A stretch of DNA of 64,000 nt from Acidobacteriota bacterium (lineage in GTDB: Bacteria; Acidobacteriota; Vicinamibacteria; Vicinamibacterales; CAVVIG01), in NCBI GenBank assembly GCA_039931615.1, contig JBDTRR010000001.1, positions 214,210 through 278,209 on the forward strand. The letters run 5' to 3'. The translations under genes and the position numbers were made by a program. Numbering within the stretch: the stretch's first letter is position 1; each line of letters opens with the position of its first letter. Under the pieces are notes generated by a model, which did not search any database, was not told the origin of the DNA, and saw nothing but the letters and a program-made list of their open reading frames with translations. Positions 30,201 through 38,977 of this stretch are shown piece by piece.

Positions 30201-30986
30201 AACCTGCTTTCGAATGCCATCAAGTTCACACCGCGGGACGGCCTGGTGCAGATACGGGTCGTCCACCACCGCTCACACGTCGAGCTCACGGTGACCGATA
30301 CCGGCGAGGGGATCGCGCCGGAGTTCGTGCCTCAGCTGTTCCAACGCTTCCGGCAGGGCGACGGCACCGTCCGGCGCCGCCACGGCGGTCTGGGTCTGGG
30401 TCTCGCGATTTGTCGGTACCTGGTGGAGGCCCACGGCGGGCGGATCGATGCCATGAGTCCAGGCCCGGGACAGGGCACCACGGTCCGCGTCGAGCTGCCG
30501 CTGCTCATCACCGACGACCACCAAGTCGAGGCGCGGGACGCGGTGCTGCCGATCCGGACGCGAGCCACGTCTGAAGTGCCCACGTTCGCCGACCTCAATG
30601 GCCGTCGGGTCCTGCTGGTCGATGACGAGGTCGATGCGCTCAACATGGCAAGAGACGCCCTGTCGATCGCGGGGGCGATGGTGGTGACCGCAGCGAACGG
30701 CGAGGAGGCGCTGAGCGCGCTGGATCGTGAATCGTTCGACGTGGTGGTCCTGGATATCGGGTTGCCGGAGATGGACGGCTACGAGCTGCTCAAGGCGATC
30801 CGGGCGAGACCATCCGACCAGCAGGGTCGCATTCCCGCCGCCGCACTGTCGGCCTACGCCAGGACCACCGATCGGACGCGATCACTCCAGGCCGGCTTCC
30901 AGATGCACCTGGCCAAGCCGGTGCAACCGGCCGAATTGACCGCGGCGATTCTGGCGCTCGCCGGCTCGGGCCCGTCCATCGACTGA
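27222..30986 (+). CDS. Tandem double hybrid sensor kinase (PAS/GAF-HisKA-HATPase-REC-PAS-HisKA-HATPase-REC), 1254 aa
   Basis: ATG 27222 after GAGGGGGA. H-box 1 HEFRTPL with GSGIGLALVQELVKLHGG. REC1 ILLADDNADMREY...DVMMPDLDG. H-box 2 SHELRTPLNAV with [21 protein letters not shown]2 VLLVDDEVDALN...DIGLPEMDG. Confidence 0.85.
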   Translation: MAALMAATDWANTPLGAVDKWPQSLRTMVGVLLTSRFAMWMGWGADLTFFYNDAYRAQTLGAKHPWALGRPSREVWAEIWPDIGPRIDRVLTTGHATWDDRLLLFLERSGYREETYHTFSYSPATDDHGRICGNLCVVTEETARVLGERRMALLRDTALAVATTMTEHELFAAIEGTLTDAKDLPFTLTYLFDAADAHAHLTCRTGLAADHPAAIATVDMRSADALWRLGDADGMIVELAERFPDLPTGPWPHPPTQAFVLAIPQQGQKRAAGLFVAALNPFRPLDDAYRSFVNLFVGQIAAGLANVHAYEAERRRAEALAEIDRVKTTFFSNVSHEFRTPLTLILGLLDELRRAGDAIPGEMHDQLDIAHRNGQRLLKLVNTLLDFSRIEAGRVRARFEALDLCALTADLASTFRSAMDQAGLTFTIDCSPIAEPVYVDREMWEKIVLNLLSNAFKFTLAGDVAVTLVQEDQQVRLSIRDTGVGIPAHEVPRVFERFHQVDGARGRSHEGSGIGLALVQELVKLHGGALTVDSALGRGSEFTVSIPLGTTHLPADHLALATPERRPHVTATYVEEALRWLPGEAARTRDVAGSQELTDRVAGGAPANGPRILLADDNADMREYARRLLGERWQVEVVADGRQALAAARARRPDVIVTDVMMPDLDGFGVLRELRADAALRTVPVILLSARAGEDARIEALAASADDYLVKPFSARDLLARVDAQIVKGRVRAIEQRHVQRMARLFAHAPVAIAVVSGPRHVYELTNPPYRELVGGRHVVGHAIGDARPAFADQDVAATLDRVRASGEPFVGQSRCLVRRGHDRWDEECYFDYVYQPVFADEGHVETIVIMAHDVTSLAAAKLEAETANRLKDEFLATLSHELRTPLNAVLGYAQMVRAGVIAPERLPAVLATIERNARVQEQLISDLLDVSHIITGKFRVELRPMDVTEAIQDALDTVAPTALAKGVTLDSALDQTAMPIAGDARRLQQVVWNLLSNAIKFTPRDGLVQIRVVHHRSHVELTVTDTGEGIAPEFVPQLFQRFRQGDGTVRRRHGGLGLGLAICRYLVEAHGGRIDAMSPGPGQGTTVRVELPLLITDDHQVEARDAVLPIRTRATSEVPTFADLNGRRVLLVDDEVDALNMARDALSIAGAMVVTAANGEEALSALDRESFDVVVLDIGLPEMDGYELLKAIRARPSDQQGRIPAAALSAYARTTDRTRSLQAGFQMHLAKPVQPAELTAAILALAGSGPSID

Positions 30987-31013
30987 TGGACGGGCCACGC
31001 CCGTGACTGCAGG

Positions 31014-32999
31014 TTACTGCGGCGCGGTACTTCCCGGATGTGCCCTCGCCGACCCCTGGCGCTGGAACTCGCGCAGGAAGCCCATGATCCCCGCCGAGGT
31101 CGCATCGCCGCCGCTCCCGGTCACCAGGATGTCTGGCACGAAGCGGTGCTGGCTCTTCACCAGCTCCGACACGACGTTGACGGTCGCGGTCGCCTCGGCC
31201 CCGAGCGCCTGCGCCTGGGCCTCGAAGCCTTTCGCGCGCGCCAGGCCAACGGCTTCGATTTCCGCGCCTCTCGCCCGGCCGGTCTGTTCGATGTAGGCCG
31301 CTTCCCCCTCGGCTTCCGCCTGGCGCGCGCGCGCCCGGTTCTCCTTGATGATGATGTCCACCTCGGAGCCAGCCAGGTCCCGCTGCCGATCCGCCAGACC
31401 TCCTTGCTTCTCCATATCGATGCGCGTCAGCTGCGCCTCCCGCTGGGCCAGGAACGTGGCCCTTTCCTGATTCGCGATCTCCCGCTGCGTCAGAACCCGG
31501 ACGATCTCCTCGGGCAGCACCACGTCCTGGATGTAGACCCCGCGCGTCTCGACGTTGTATCGCCGGATCTGGTCGGCGATGTAGTTCTGCGCCTGGGCCT
31601 GGACCGCGGCGCGATTCTCGATGAACTGCACTGCCGCCATGCCCTGTAGCGTGTCTCGAAAGTAGTTCCCCACCACCGCCTGCAGCACCTCGTTGACGAG
31701 ATTCTGCATCGTTCCCACCATCGAGATCACCTTGGGCGCCAGCTTGTCGGAGACGTGGATCTGCACCTGGAGATCGATGTTGAAGATGAAGCCCTCCTTC
31801 GACTTTGCCACGATCTGTTTCAGCTGCTTGTCGAGATTGTGCGCCTGCGACGCGGCTTCAGCCCAATTGAGCGTGAGAATCGCCGTCGGCACCATCTCGG
31901 CCTGGTAGATCCTCGGGTTGATGGCGTATTTGCCGGTGCGCAGCGGTTCTTCCCAGATCCCGCGGTGTCCAGGACGCACGATCGACCCGAACTTGAACTC
32001 ATCCCCCGAGGTGTCCTCCGTCGGCTGACCGACCGCCGCCTTGATGACCGCGACTTCCCCCTGACGGACCACCAGCATCGGCACGGTCTGGACGTGGACG
32101 AGATACGGATTGAGCGCGTAGGATCCGTTGAGCACCGGGTCGTGCTGCAGGCCGATCCGCCCGCCGCTGTCGAGGAACTTCTGGTAGTCCTGATAGTTAT
32201 TGTGGCGCTCGTTCTGATTACCGATCAGCACATCGGCGATCTCGGCGTCACTGCGCCCTGCGGCTTCCATCTGGCGCACATCGTCGAAGCGGCCCATCCG
32301 GCACGCGATGTCCCCTGACGGCAACGGCGCGCCCTCGAGCGTCTCGACGATGCCGACGATGTCGATCAGTTTGTCGACGCCGCTCTCGTGGATCCTGAGC
32401 GGTTCGATCACGCGAAGCGTCAACTCCGATGGCTCGAGGCCAAAGAGCGCGGGCCCGAAGCGGGCCCGGTACTCTTCGTTGACCGGCAGCCCGAAGCTGC
32501 GGCTCTGCGAGAGCACCAGAAACGCGACCGGATGCAGCGGCAGGATGGCTCCCGGCGGCAGCACCGGCCGTTGCACGCCCTGCTGTCCGCCCTCGGCGAC
32601 GAAAGTACGGACGTCGGTGAACTGGCCAAAGGCGGGCTTGTAGACGCCGGATTTCCATCCCGTTGGTAACGGCGCCCCGGCTTGTGCGATGACGAGGCCG
32701 ACCTCGCCGGTCGGGATCTGTACCCAGGGATGCTTCTCGACGCGGCTCATCGGCCACACGCGAACGGCCACTCCCGGCATCAACAATTCGGCTTGATACC
32801 CGGCTTCGCCATGGAAGGCAATGGGACCGCCGTCGGCGCGCCCGGGCCCCCAACGGCGGATCACCAGCCCGACCTGGTTGGGTCCGATCCGATGAATCGA
32901 AAGTACCGCGACGGTGAGTGCGAGTAGAACGAGCGGCAGGACGATCGCGATGGCGATCAACGCCTGAACTGGCGAGTCAGCTAACACGGCGGGCTCCAA
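31014..32999 (-). CDS. Flotillin-like SPFH/band-7 domain protein
   Basis: N-terminal TM (ALIAIAIVLPLVLLALTVAVL), SPFH domain, long Ala/Glu/Gln-rich coiled-coil C-terminus (REAQLTRIDMEKQGGLADRQRDLAGSEVDIIIKENRARARQAEAEGEAAY). Confidence 0.8.
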   Translation of the reverse strand: MEPAVLADSPVQALIAIAIVLPLVLLALTVAVLSIHRIGPNQVGLVIRRWGPGRADGGPIAFHGEAGYQAELLMPGVAVRVWPMSRVEKHPWVQIPTGEVGLVIAQAGAPLPTGWKSGVYKPAFGQFTDVRTFVAEGGQQGVQRPVLPPGAILPLHPVAFLVLSQSRSFGLPVNEEYRARFGPALFGLEPSELTLRVIEPLRIHESGVDKLIDIVGIVETLEGAPLPSGDIACRMGRFDDVRQMEAAGRSDAEIADVLIGNQNERHNNYQDYQKFLDSGGRIGLQHDPVLNGSYALNPYLVHVQTVPMLVVRQGEVAVIKAAVGQPTEDTSGDEFKFGSIVRPGHRGIWEEPLRTGKYAINPRIYQAEMVPTAILTLNWAEAASQAHNLDKQLKQIVAKSKEGFIFNIDLQVQIHVSDKLAPKVISMVGTMQNLVNEVLQAVVGNYFRDTLQGMAAVQFIENRAAVQAQAQNYIADQIRRYNVETRGVYIQDVVLPEEIVRVLTQREIANQERATFLAQREAQLTRIDMEKQGGLADRQRDLAGSEVDIIIKENRARARQAEAEGEAAYIEQTGRARGAEIEAVGLARAKGFEAQAQALGAEATATVNVVSELVKSQHRFVPDILVTGSGGDATSAGIMGFLREFQRQGSARAHPGSTAPQ

Positions 33000-33188
33000 G
33001 TGCCGACGGGGTTAGCTGACGGGCTCGAGGTTGGAAGTCCTCTATTCCGCGTTCGCGGAAATACGCCCCGTGGCGCGGGTATCGCGCCGGTGGTTCCCCC
33101 GTGACGCCGATCGTGAACGGCGTCTTAGGCTGATTCCACTATACGCCCGGCCGTCGAAGAGTCAAATCGTTCGGCTAAGCTTGGAGGA

Positions 33189-34646
33189 GTGTCTCCAAAC
33201 GACAGGCTCACCGCCGCCGGCGCCGCGATCGATTGGCTGGAACGAATGGCCGCCGACTGGCGCCGCCTCGAGGCGGTCCCCATTCACGAGCGGCAGCGCC
33301 TGCATCGGGTGATTGCCGCGCTGTCGACCGCGGATCCAGCCGCCAGCCGAAAACGCCGGCAGGCCGCGAGAGCGGATCGCGTGCGGCAGGAGGAAGCGGT
33401 TCTGAACGAGACCGGCATTCGCGCGCGGCGGCGCCGGTCCGTGGTCACCACGCCGAACATGTTTCCGCCGCCGGTCGAGCACGCTCGTGCGGCCGACGCC
33501 GCGGCGACCTGTGTCGATCGGGTGTGCTACGTCTGCAAGGAGCCGTACTCGCAGGTCCACGCCTTCTACGACCAACTCTGCCGCGATTGCGCCGCGGTGA
33601 ACTTTGCGGCGCGAACCGAGCTGGCTGATTTGCGTGGGCGGGTCGCGCTGCTGACCGGCGGGCGCGTGAAGATCGGGTATCAAGCCGGCTTGAAGCTGCT
33701 GCGCTCGGGCGCGCGCCTGATTGTGACGACCAGGTTTCCGCACAATGCCGCCGCGCGGTACGCACAGGAACCCGACTTCGGCGACTGGGGCGGGCGGCTC
33801 GAAATCTTCGGGCTCGATCTGCGACACGTGCCCAGCGTGGAGGCGTTCTGCCGCGATCTGGTCGCCAGCCGTGAGCGGCTCGACTTCATCATCAACAATG
33901 CCTGCCAGACGGTTCGCCGGCCGCCCGGGTTCTATGCACACCTGCTGGCCGGCGAACTGACCGCGGCGACTGACTTGCCTGAGCATGTCCGCCGCCTGCT
34001 CGGCGAGCCGCCGCCCGGACCGCCCGCGCTGGCGACGAACGGATCGATCGCCGCACCGTTGTCGGCAGTGCGAACGCTCGATGAGGAGTTCGCCGTCCGA
34101 ACCAGCATCTTCCCCGTCGGTCAACTGGACGAGGATCTGCAGCAGGTCGATCGCCGCGACAGGAATTCATGGCGCCTGCTGCTCGCCGATGTGCCGACGG
34201 TAGAAATGCTCGAAGTGCAGCTGGTGAACGCGATCGCCCCGTTCCTCTTCAACGCCCGCCTGAAACCGCTGCTGCTCCGGACGCCCGAGCGCGACAAACA
34301 CGTCGTCAACGTCTCGGCGGTCGAAGGACAGTTCTACCGCATCGCCAAGACGACGCGCCATCCGCATACCAACATGGCGAAGGCGGCGCTGAACATGATG
34401 ACGCGCACGGCCGCCACGGACTACTTCAACGACGGCATTCACATGAACAGCGTCGACACCGGGTGGGTGACCGACGAGGACCCGATCGAGATGGCGCGGC
34501 GCAAGACGGCTGAACAGCGCTTTCATCCGCCGCTCGATGCCGTCGATGGCGGCGCCCGCATCGTCGCGCCAATCGTCACGGGTTTCAACACCGGCACCCA
34601 CGTGTGGGGGCAGTTCCTGAAGGACTACAAGCCGACGGCGTGGTAG
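33189..34646 (+). CDS. SDR-family oxidoreductase with N-terminal Cys-rich extension
   Basis: Rossmann motif ALLTGGRVKIGYQAGLKLLRSGARLIVTTR, NNAC (NNAG-like), catalytic region. N-terminal CVDRVCYVCKE...CRDCA. Confidence 0.7.
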   Translation: MSPNDRLTAAGAAIDWLERMAADWRRLEAVPIHERQRLHRVIAALSTADPAASRKRRQAARADRVRQEEAVLNETGIRARRRRSVVTTPNMFPPPVEHARAADAAATCVDRVCYVCKEPYSQVHAFYDQLCRDCAAVNFAARTELADLRGRVALLTGGRVKIGYQAGLKLLRSGARLIVTTRFPHNAAARYAQEPDFGDWGGRLEIFGLDLRHVPSVEAFCRDLVASRERLDFIINNACQTVRRPPGFYAHLLAGELTAATDLPEHVRRLLGEPPPGPPALATNGSIAAPLSAVRTLDEEFAVRTSIFPVGQLDEDLQQVDRRDRNSWRLLLADVPTVEMLEVQLVNAIAPFLFNARLKPLLLRTPERDKHVVNVSAVEGQFYRIAKTTRHPHTNMAKAALNMMTRTAATDYFNDGIHMNSVDTGWVTDEDPIEMARRKTAEQRFHPPLDAVDGGARIVAPIVTGFNTGTHVWGQFLKDYKPTAW

Positions 34647-34776
34647 GCCGCCCGGACGGCCGCGCCGATTGATTCGACGTGCGGGCGTCCGCACTGCGAC
34701 CGGGACCTGCCGGCCGCGCGTCGACCCGGTCGGCCGTGGTCTCAGCCGATGCGACCCCATCGATATTCCATCGACG

Positions 34777-35937
34777 TCACGTTGGACTGGTGCTGTGGAG
34801 AAAGTTCGCGAAATGAGCCCTGCTGACCTGCGCGGCGGCCGCCGCCCCGACTCGTCTCAGCGCCTCGATGTGGTCGACTGAATCCATCTGCTGCACGTCA
34901 TCGGGACGGATGTCGTCGAGCCCCAGGGCGGTGAGACCGGCCCTGGAGAGATCGACGTTGTATCGCATGTACGTGAACAGTTTCGGCTCGACCGGCCCGG
35001 GCACGCGGCCTTCGGGCAGTGGATCGATGACGCCGATCAGATCCCCGACCTCGCGATCGAGCGTCGCGCCGCAGCGCGTCCGGCCGAACGCGCGGCAGAG
35101 GAAGTCCTGCTCGTTCGAGGCCGCAAACATCAAAGCGGACGGAATAGAGGTGGCGTTGTAGACGAGATTCATCTGCCCGGGCATGAGGTTCGCGTTGGCG
35201 TCCGCCGCCGCGCCCGTGCCCACCGAGACGAGCAGCATCGTCTGCTCGCCAACGGGCCAGCACAGCTGGTAGGGCGCCATCGTCGCCATGAGGAATAGCT
35301 GAAACGCCGGGTTGTTGTACATCGTGACGCCACCGTCGACGAAGATGAAGCGGTCCTTCCCGACCTGAACCGTCTCTGGGGGGAAGTAGGTGGGAGCGGC
35401 CGTGCTCGCCCGTACCAGCTGCCAGAGTGGCAGATCGAGATTGCAGTTCGAGCGCGAGCGGGCGTTGTACTTCGCCCTCGGATTGTTGGAAATCGGCCAC
35501 GGCGAGTCGGTCGTGGCGTTCCGCATGACGAGGAGCAGCAGCGTCTTCAACTGCGCGTCTCCGAGCGTCGAATGGCGGCCGAGTTCAGCCTGAAGCAGCG
35601 CCGCCAGATTCGCATCGCCGAACTTGTAGCGAAAACGCTCGAGGAGGCTGGCGCGATCGAACATTTCCCGGCCGCTCTTCAGGTAAAAGTCGCGGATCTG
35701 CCGGATCGGCCAGCCGAGCGCCAGGCACGTGGCGATGATCGCGCCCGTGCTGGTGCCCGCGACGTAATCGAAATAGTCGGCCAGCACGAAATCATCGTCG
35801 CGTTCGAGCTCACGGCGGAGCGTGTCTTCCATCCTGGCCAGGATTTCGAGGGTAATCAGCCCGCGAATTCCGCCGCCGTCGAGGGCGAGCAGTTTGTACG
35901 GTGGTGCTTTGGTCAGCTTGTCGAGTACGGTCGTCAT
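34777..35937 (-). CDS. Patatin-like phospholipase
   Basis: Oxyanion hole LALDGGGIRGL, nucleophile GTSTGA, catalytic Asp FVDGGVTMYNNP. 386 aa, no signal peptide. Confidence 0.85.
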   Translation of the reverse strand: MTTVLDKLTKAPPYKLLALDGGGIRGLITLEILARMEDTLRRELERDDDFVLADYFDYVAGTSTGAIIATCLALGWPIRQIRDFYLKSGREMFDRASLLERFRYKFGDANLAALLQAELGRHSTLGDAQLKTLLLLVMRNATTDSPWPISNNPRAKYNARSRSNCNLDLPLWQLVRASTAAPTYFPPETVQVGKDRFIFVDGGVTMYNNPAFQLFLMATMAPYQLCWPVGEQTMLLVSVGTGAAADANANLMPGQMNLVYNATSIPSALMFAASNEQDFLCRAFGRTRCGATLDREVGDLIGVIDPLPEGRVPGPVEPKLFTYMRYNVDLSRAGLTALGLDDIRPDDVQQMDSVDHIEALRRVGAAAAAQVSRAHFANFLHSTSPT

Positions 35938-35954
35938 CCCAGCACCGAGAGCAT

Positions 35955-36620
35955 CTACTGATGATCTGACGGACTGGCGGTGTCGATTTCACGAACCGGC
36001 CAGCCGCGCGCGCGCGCGTCACTGAGGAACGCCCCGGTCACGTCGCCCGTGCCGCGCGTGGCTCCATTCCAGAGGACCAATGCCGCATACCTCGCCGCCG
36101 ATCCCTGGGACACAGCTTCGGCCTCGTCAAAAATCTTGCCGTTTGTCGTCAAGTACGTCTCGGCATCGTCGGCATCCAGACTCAGTTCCACGAGGTCGCC
36201 GGCAGCCGCGACGGTCTTCACGATGGCATCGAAGGCCGATCCCCAGTCGCCGGGGCGGTCGGTCACCGACGTGGCGCGAAACCGGGCGCGCTCGAAGGGG
36301 AGAATGATCCGCCGTCTGATGCGCAGCGCTGCGGCGGCTTCGAGCACGAGGAGGTCCGATCCGCAGGCGGCGGATCCGACGACGGCAGTCGGACCGAGCT
36401 CGCGCAGAATTCGTTCGATTTCGTGACGCACGCGCGGAACGGCGGCGGGAGGGAACCTCGTCGATTTAGCGTCAGCGGCGTCGACTCGCCGCCCTGCATA
36501 CACCACAATCATGAGCGGCCTCGTGTGCCGAACGGTGTGAAGCCGCAGATGGTAGCAGAAGAGAGCACTGAGAACTTCCCGGCTGAAGTTGGACACGAAA
36601 TGTCGATCGCTCCTAGACAC
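35955..36620 (-). CDS. SLOG-superfamily (LOG/DprA/YpsA-like Rossmann) protein; start possibly internal (M37 at 36512)
   Basis: MIVVYAGRR...TAVVGSAACGSDLLVLEAAAAL...ILPF and ALVLWNGATRGTGDVTGAFLSDARARGWPV resemble the DprA/LOG pattern (SGxAxGxD...; PGGxGT-like). 18 bp upstream of the patatin gene on the same strand. Confidence 0.5.
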   Translation of the reverse strand: MSRSDRHFVSNFSREVLSALFCYHLRLHTVRHTRPLMIVVYAGRRVDAADAKSTRFPPAAVPRVRHEIERILRELGPTAVVGSAACGSDLLVLEAAAALRIRRRIILPFERARFRATSVTDRPGDWGSAFDAIVKTVAAAGDLVELSLDADDAETYLTTNGKIFDEAEAVSQGSAARYAALVLWNGATRGTGDVTGAFLSDARARGWPVREIDTASPSDHQ

Positions 36621-36704
36621 AGAGAACTTCTTGATGTAAAGTAGGCGCCTCGATCGCAGGCAGCGGCGGCCGCGTTTTCACGCCGGTTTGGGGAGTGGCA
36701 GCAC

Positions 36705-37736
36705 ATGACATCATCTGTGACGAACCCCGGGAAGGTATTCGCCCGCGTCGCGCTGGCCCTGGCCGTGGCGGCGACGGGCATTTACGTCGCGAGCTCAGAC
36801 CCGCCGGGCGGGGCCGTCGTCGGATTCCTGCTCATGCTTGCCGTGGTCCTCTTCGGCGTGAGGACCGCGCGACGCCGGCTGCCGACCTGGGCCGGGCGCG
36901 CCGCGGTCGCGGTCGGCGCTCTCATTGCCGCGGTGGCGGCATTTCTCATTCATTCGATCAAGATCGAGGCGCCTCTCTTCGCGCAGGCGCCGGGCGTGCC
37001 GTCGGTCAGCGCGTCGCCACCCTCGCCACAACTGGCGGCAGCCGTCGATCGCGCGCGGCCGATGGTGCGCGCGGCCATCGTGGAGCAGAACCTGCCGGGA
37101 GTCTCGATCGCAGTCGGCATCGGCGTCAGCCCCGGGAATATACTCTGGGCCGAAGGGTTCGGATGGAGGGACGTCGTCACGCAGACGCCCGTCACACCCG
37201 AGACTCGATTCAACATCGGGACGGCGGCACAGGTGGTCCCCCCCGCCGCGGTCGTGTCCCTCGGCCTGACCCATACCGGTACGGATTCGGCGGCCGAGTG
37301 GAGCCCGGATCATGTCGGGGAGCCGGAAGAGGACTTCCCAGGCTTCACGGCCGTCCACGACCTCATCCTCAGGCCGATTGGGCTCAGCGCCCCCCGACAG
37401 CCGTTGCCGGGCGATCGCGCGACGTTCTACGTGCCGGCCACATTCTGGCGGGGCTTCACCACAGATCCCCGCCGCGGACGACGACTGATGTATATGCGCG
37501 ACCTGGCGTGCTGTGCGGGGAGAATGGCGTTCTATTCAACGCCGTCCGATCTCGTCCGCTTTGCCCTGGCGACAAATGCGGACAGCGCCAACGGCGAGCT
37601 CGCAGGCGGAAGCGTGCTGTCGCTGATGAGGCGCCGCGACAACGGGATCGTCGTTGCCGTGGCGTCGAACATCGCGCACGCCAACACGGCCGCTCTCGCG
37701 CAACAAGTGGCTGGCACCTTCGCCGCACAGAAATAG
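36705..37736 (+). CDS. Membrane-anchored serine-beta-lactamase/PBP-fold protein lacking the canonical SxxK motif
   Basis: Two N-terminal TM helices. Fold-level similarity (PGVSIAVGIGVSPGNILWAEGFGWRD...TPETRFNIGTAAQVV). At the SxxK position the sequence is TAAQ. Confidence 0.55.
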   Translation: MTSSVTNPGKVFARVALALAVAATGIYVASSDPPGGAVVGFLLMLAVVLFGVRTARRRLPTWAGRAAVAVGALIAAVAAFLIHSIKIEAPLFAQAPGVPSVSASPPSPQLAAAVDRARPMVRAAIVEQNLPGVSIAVGIGVSPGNILWAEGFGWRDVVTQTPVTPETRFNIGTAAQVVPPAAVVSLGLTHTGTDSAAEWSPDHVGEPEEDFPGFTAVHDLILRPIGLSAPRQPLPGDRATFYVPATFWRGFTTDPRRGRRLMYMRDLACCAGRMAFYSTPSDLVRFALATNADSANGELAGGSVLSLMRRRDNGIVVAVASNIAHANTAALAQQVAGTFAAQK

Positions 37737-37759
37737 ACCGCCGCGCCAAAGTGGCCACT

Positions 37760-37889
37760 CTGGCCCGCGCGGCTGCGGAGAAGTCCCGGCTTCTCGATCG
37801 CCGCGATTCTCACCCTGGCGATGGGGATTGGTGCCAACACCGCGATTTTCAGCGTCATCAGCGGCGTCCTGTTCATTGCCCGCTGAGAA
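37760..37889 (+). pseudogene. Remnant of N-terminus of an FtsX/MacB-type ABC permease
   Basis: The frame gives [46 protein letters not shown](stop). It matches the conserved N-terminal TM1 of MacB/ADOP permeases ([24 protein letters not shown]) but has no start codon and stops after ~45 aa. Confidence 0.3.
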
Positions 37890-37902
37890 CTGCGGCATGC
37901 GC

Positions 37903-38370
37903 TCACGGCAGTCGTCCGGCGGGCCAGGGCTTGACGTAGTCGAACGGTAAAAAGCGACGGATGCGCTGAAAGTTCCGATCGTTCTCGGTGACGAGCACGC
38001 AACCGGCCTCACGACACGACAGCGCCAACAGGACATCGTTTGCGAATGACTTCGACACGCGGCCGACCTCGAGCCCGTCCCTTCGTGCCATGTCCGAAAG
38101 CAGATCGCCAGACTGGTGCCAGGCAGCGGCGGAGGGCGCAAGAGTGCGCCCGGATCGCTCGAACACACTCAGGACGTGGCGTTCGAGCGCCTTCCGGTCC
38201 CGTTCCCGCGTCACACCGGCTCGCAACTCCTGGGCGACGACGGCACTGAGGTATTCGAACGGTGCCAACGCCTGGTGAAATCTCTGCAGGGCCTGGTTGG
38301 CCGTCGGGTGGCGAAACGCGTCGATGAAGAGCTGCGTGTCCAGGACGTACTTGGGCGTCGTCCGGGTCAC
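37903..38370 (-). CDS. vapC: PIN-domain toxin VapC
   Basis: GTG 38370 overlaps the antitoxin stop (GTGA). PIN motifs YVLDTQLFIDAF and VLVTENDRNF. Confidence 0.75.
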   Translation of the reverse strand: MTRTTPKYVLDTQLFIDAFRHPTANQALQRFHQALAPFEYLSAVVAQELRAGVTRERDRKALERHVLSVFERSGRTLAPSAAAWHQSGDLLSDMARRDGLEVGRVSKSFANDVLLALSCREAGCVLVTENDRNFQRIRRFLPFDYVKPWPAGRLP

Positions 38371-38597
38371 GGCTCGAGGTCTGGAGACGCGATCTCGACA
38401 TCGAGCATGGACCGTGTACCGTCGACGAGCTGGCGCTGAAACACGGCGAGGTCGAGCGCTCGCTCGATGGCCTCGGTTGCCGTCGCCGCGCCAAGCGCCC
38501 GCTGGGCCGCCTTCAACTTCGACAACGGCAGCCGGTAGGTGCGGGACACCCGCTCCTCGCGGCGCACTGCCCGCTTCCGCCCGGTCGGGTTCGGCAT
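38367..38597 (-). CDS. vapB: Ribbon-helix-helix antitoxin VapB-like
   Basis: 76 aa. TYRLPLSKLKAAQRALGAATATEAIERALDLAV (RHH). 4-nt overlap with the PIN gene. Confidence 0.65.
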   Translation of the reverse strand: MPNPTGRKRAVRREERVSRTYRLPLSKLKAAQRALGAATATEAIERALDLAVFQRQLVDGTRSMLDVEIASPDLEP

Positions 38598-38977
38598 CAG
38601 GGGCAGTGTATTGACATCTTTGTTCGTGTGTCAATACGCCAATGACGAGGAGGGATCGACGATCCGCACACTCTCGCCGGCCTTCGCGTTCTTGATCGGT
38701 CCGACAGTTGGATTGGCGCTCGCCGCGCTGCAATGGTCACGTCGACTGGGTGCCGCTTTCCTGCGCTGGCCGCCGCACCGAAGTGCGTTGGCAACGTAGC
38801 GACGTTCGCCTCATCGATCGCGGGCGCACCATAGAACGGCTCCCTCGAGATGCACGGTTTGCCCGCTGCTCGTCTTCCAGCCCGGCTCGAAAATCCGCCG
38901 TTCCTCGTTGAACTTCCACATGTGTTGTCTTCCTGCGCTATATTTCATGCCATACATCGTCAGGATGCACAGATTAC

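Noticed and set aside
30987-31013. Short GC hairpin (ACGGGC-CAC-GCCCGT) between convergent kinase and flotillin genes as a terminator
   Set aside because: 6-bp stem without a U-tract. Too weak to call.
34777-36620. Calling the patatin pair a canonical CBASS (CapV) system
   Set aside because: No CD-NTase/SMODS nucleotidyltransferase, Cap2/Cap3 or HORMA gene within ~10 kb. The partner is a SLOG-like Rossmann protein instead.
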